Assembly (NCBI GenBank): GCA_029953675.1
Contig: JAMWBK010000004.1
Location: 1,302,001 to 1,366,000 of the forward strand
Length of the DNA: 64,000 nucleotides
Source of the DNA: Rhodosorus marinus CCMP1338
Lineage: Eukaryota > Plantae > Rhodophyta
Direction: 5' to 3'
Shown here: positions 62,866-64,000 of the stretch, in pieces
Position numbering within the stretch: position 1 is the first letter of the stretch
How the letters are laid out: the number at the start of each line of letters is the position of its first letter
Notes under the pieces: generated by a model
What the model saw: the letters and a program-made list of their open reading frames with translations, nothing else
What the model was told of the DNA's origin: nothing
The model's database searches: none
Position numbers and translations under genes: made by a program

Positions 62866-64000
62866 ATGGCATTTCTTGTTCATGGGATAGCCAGGTTGAA
62901 TCAGATAATCCGTGGAGGTGGTGGTGGTCGTGGTGAGTTGGAGAATGGGGATGTGTCTTCTGAGTCAGGTAGATCTGTAGATTCAATTCGTCTGGAGGAG
63001 GAGAAAGCTGTTAGGAATTCAGAGCAGAAGGAACTTGATGGGAAACTTAACTCGCTTCTGGAGAAGCCTGGGTCGATCAAGAGCCTCGTACAGACTCTGT
63101 CCAGGCTCAACTTTCAGATTCCTCCAGAACAATCTCTTTCGCTCTTCAAGACGCTTTCAAATTGTCTGCTCCAGACGGTTAGTTCCTTGTTTACCCAACA
63201 GCTTTACATAGAGATGTCCGTCCATACTCTTGCTGATCCTGTTCAACTACTCTAATTGCGTAGGATATCCTAGAGTTGATCATGTCGGAGGAGGAAGACA
63301 ATACCATGCAGGACATGAGATCGAGGAAGAGCTTATCGTATGTTTCTTCGGTTCTGATATGCTTTGGGCCGATAAATCTCTGCCAAGCCATTGCATCTAG
63401 CGACAAAGCGCTTGGATTGCTTCTCGATATTTTCCATTCTGAAGAGTACGTTGATCAACGGGTGATTCTCAACGTTTGCAGCGTTCTCCACGCAGTTCTT
63501 CTGACCAGCCCGTTGGAGGTTCTTCGCGCGATAGCCTCGAGAGGCTCGGACATCGCAGCGATGGTGTATTACCTCGACATCGACGCCGTTGCTGAGCTCT
63601 TGGTAAACATCTTGGAATCGACCTGCAGTTCAACCGTACATCCAAAAGCTTTCCAGAGCGCTCTACCGATTCTCAGCAACGAGAGGATCTTTCACCTCCT
63701 AGCGACCAGACTCGAGGAATGTGCCGAAGAAGCCGAGAACGATTTCGACTGCAGGAATACGCTCGATAACTTGGGTAAGAACGATACCACAGTCACAGAT
63801 AACGAGCCTCCGACGTCCACCGAGCTTAACGTTCAATATTCTCTCCCTTTATGCGTTTAAGAGTTCACTTTCCGATCTCTGGTGAGCAACCTGAACAGTA
63901 AATATGTAAAGTACCAAACGAATGTTGCGATGAAAATGCTGGATATATATCGCGAGGTTGAACCTGTCTGTAGAATGCTTAATGCCGGACTGCACGCTGC
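62866..64000 (+). CDS. Probable SAPS/SIT4-associated (PP6 regulatory subunit-like) protein, 5' part, multi-exon, runs off window
   Basis: Helical block KSLSYVSSVLIC..LLLDIF..VCSVLHAVLLTSPLEV..YYLDIDAVAELLVNIL follows the spacing of the SAPS N-terminal region as recalled; start approximate. Confidence 0.55.

Overview
Eukaryotic genomic window with compact genes and short GT-AG introns. A GBSS-type starch synthase lacking a transit peptide suggests an alga with cytosolic starch, e.g. a red alga (inference). It has two very different parts. (1) About 1.9-22.9 kb is an almost pure, heavily scrambled array of one group of CRE/SLACS/Cnl1-like non-LTR retrotransposons (RT + CCHC knuckle + restriction-like endonuclease) in at least three subfamilies. 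It has at least 17 separate 3' termini, trinucleotide tails that are reverse complements between subfamilies ((ATC)n vs (TGA)n), recurrent self-insertion sites, fold-back inversions and an atypical FHDD RT motif. (2) About 23-64 kb is ordinary gene space: Vps54, RING-H2 E3 ligase, ATP9/NEO1-type P4-ATPase, two tRNA-Gly(TCC), COA3-like small gene, GBSS, importin-5, 14-3-3, NAA10, two tandem SDRs and the start of a SAPS/PP6R-like gene. The 3' end of an AT-hook gene is at the left edge. All assignments come from motif recognition by eye; no database search was run and exon boundaries are approximate unless stated.
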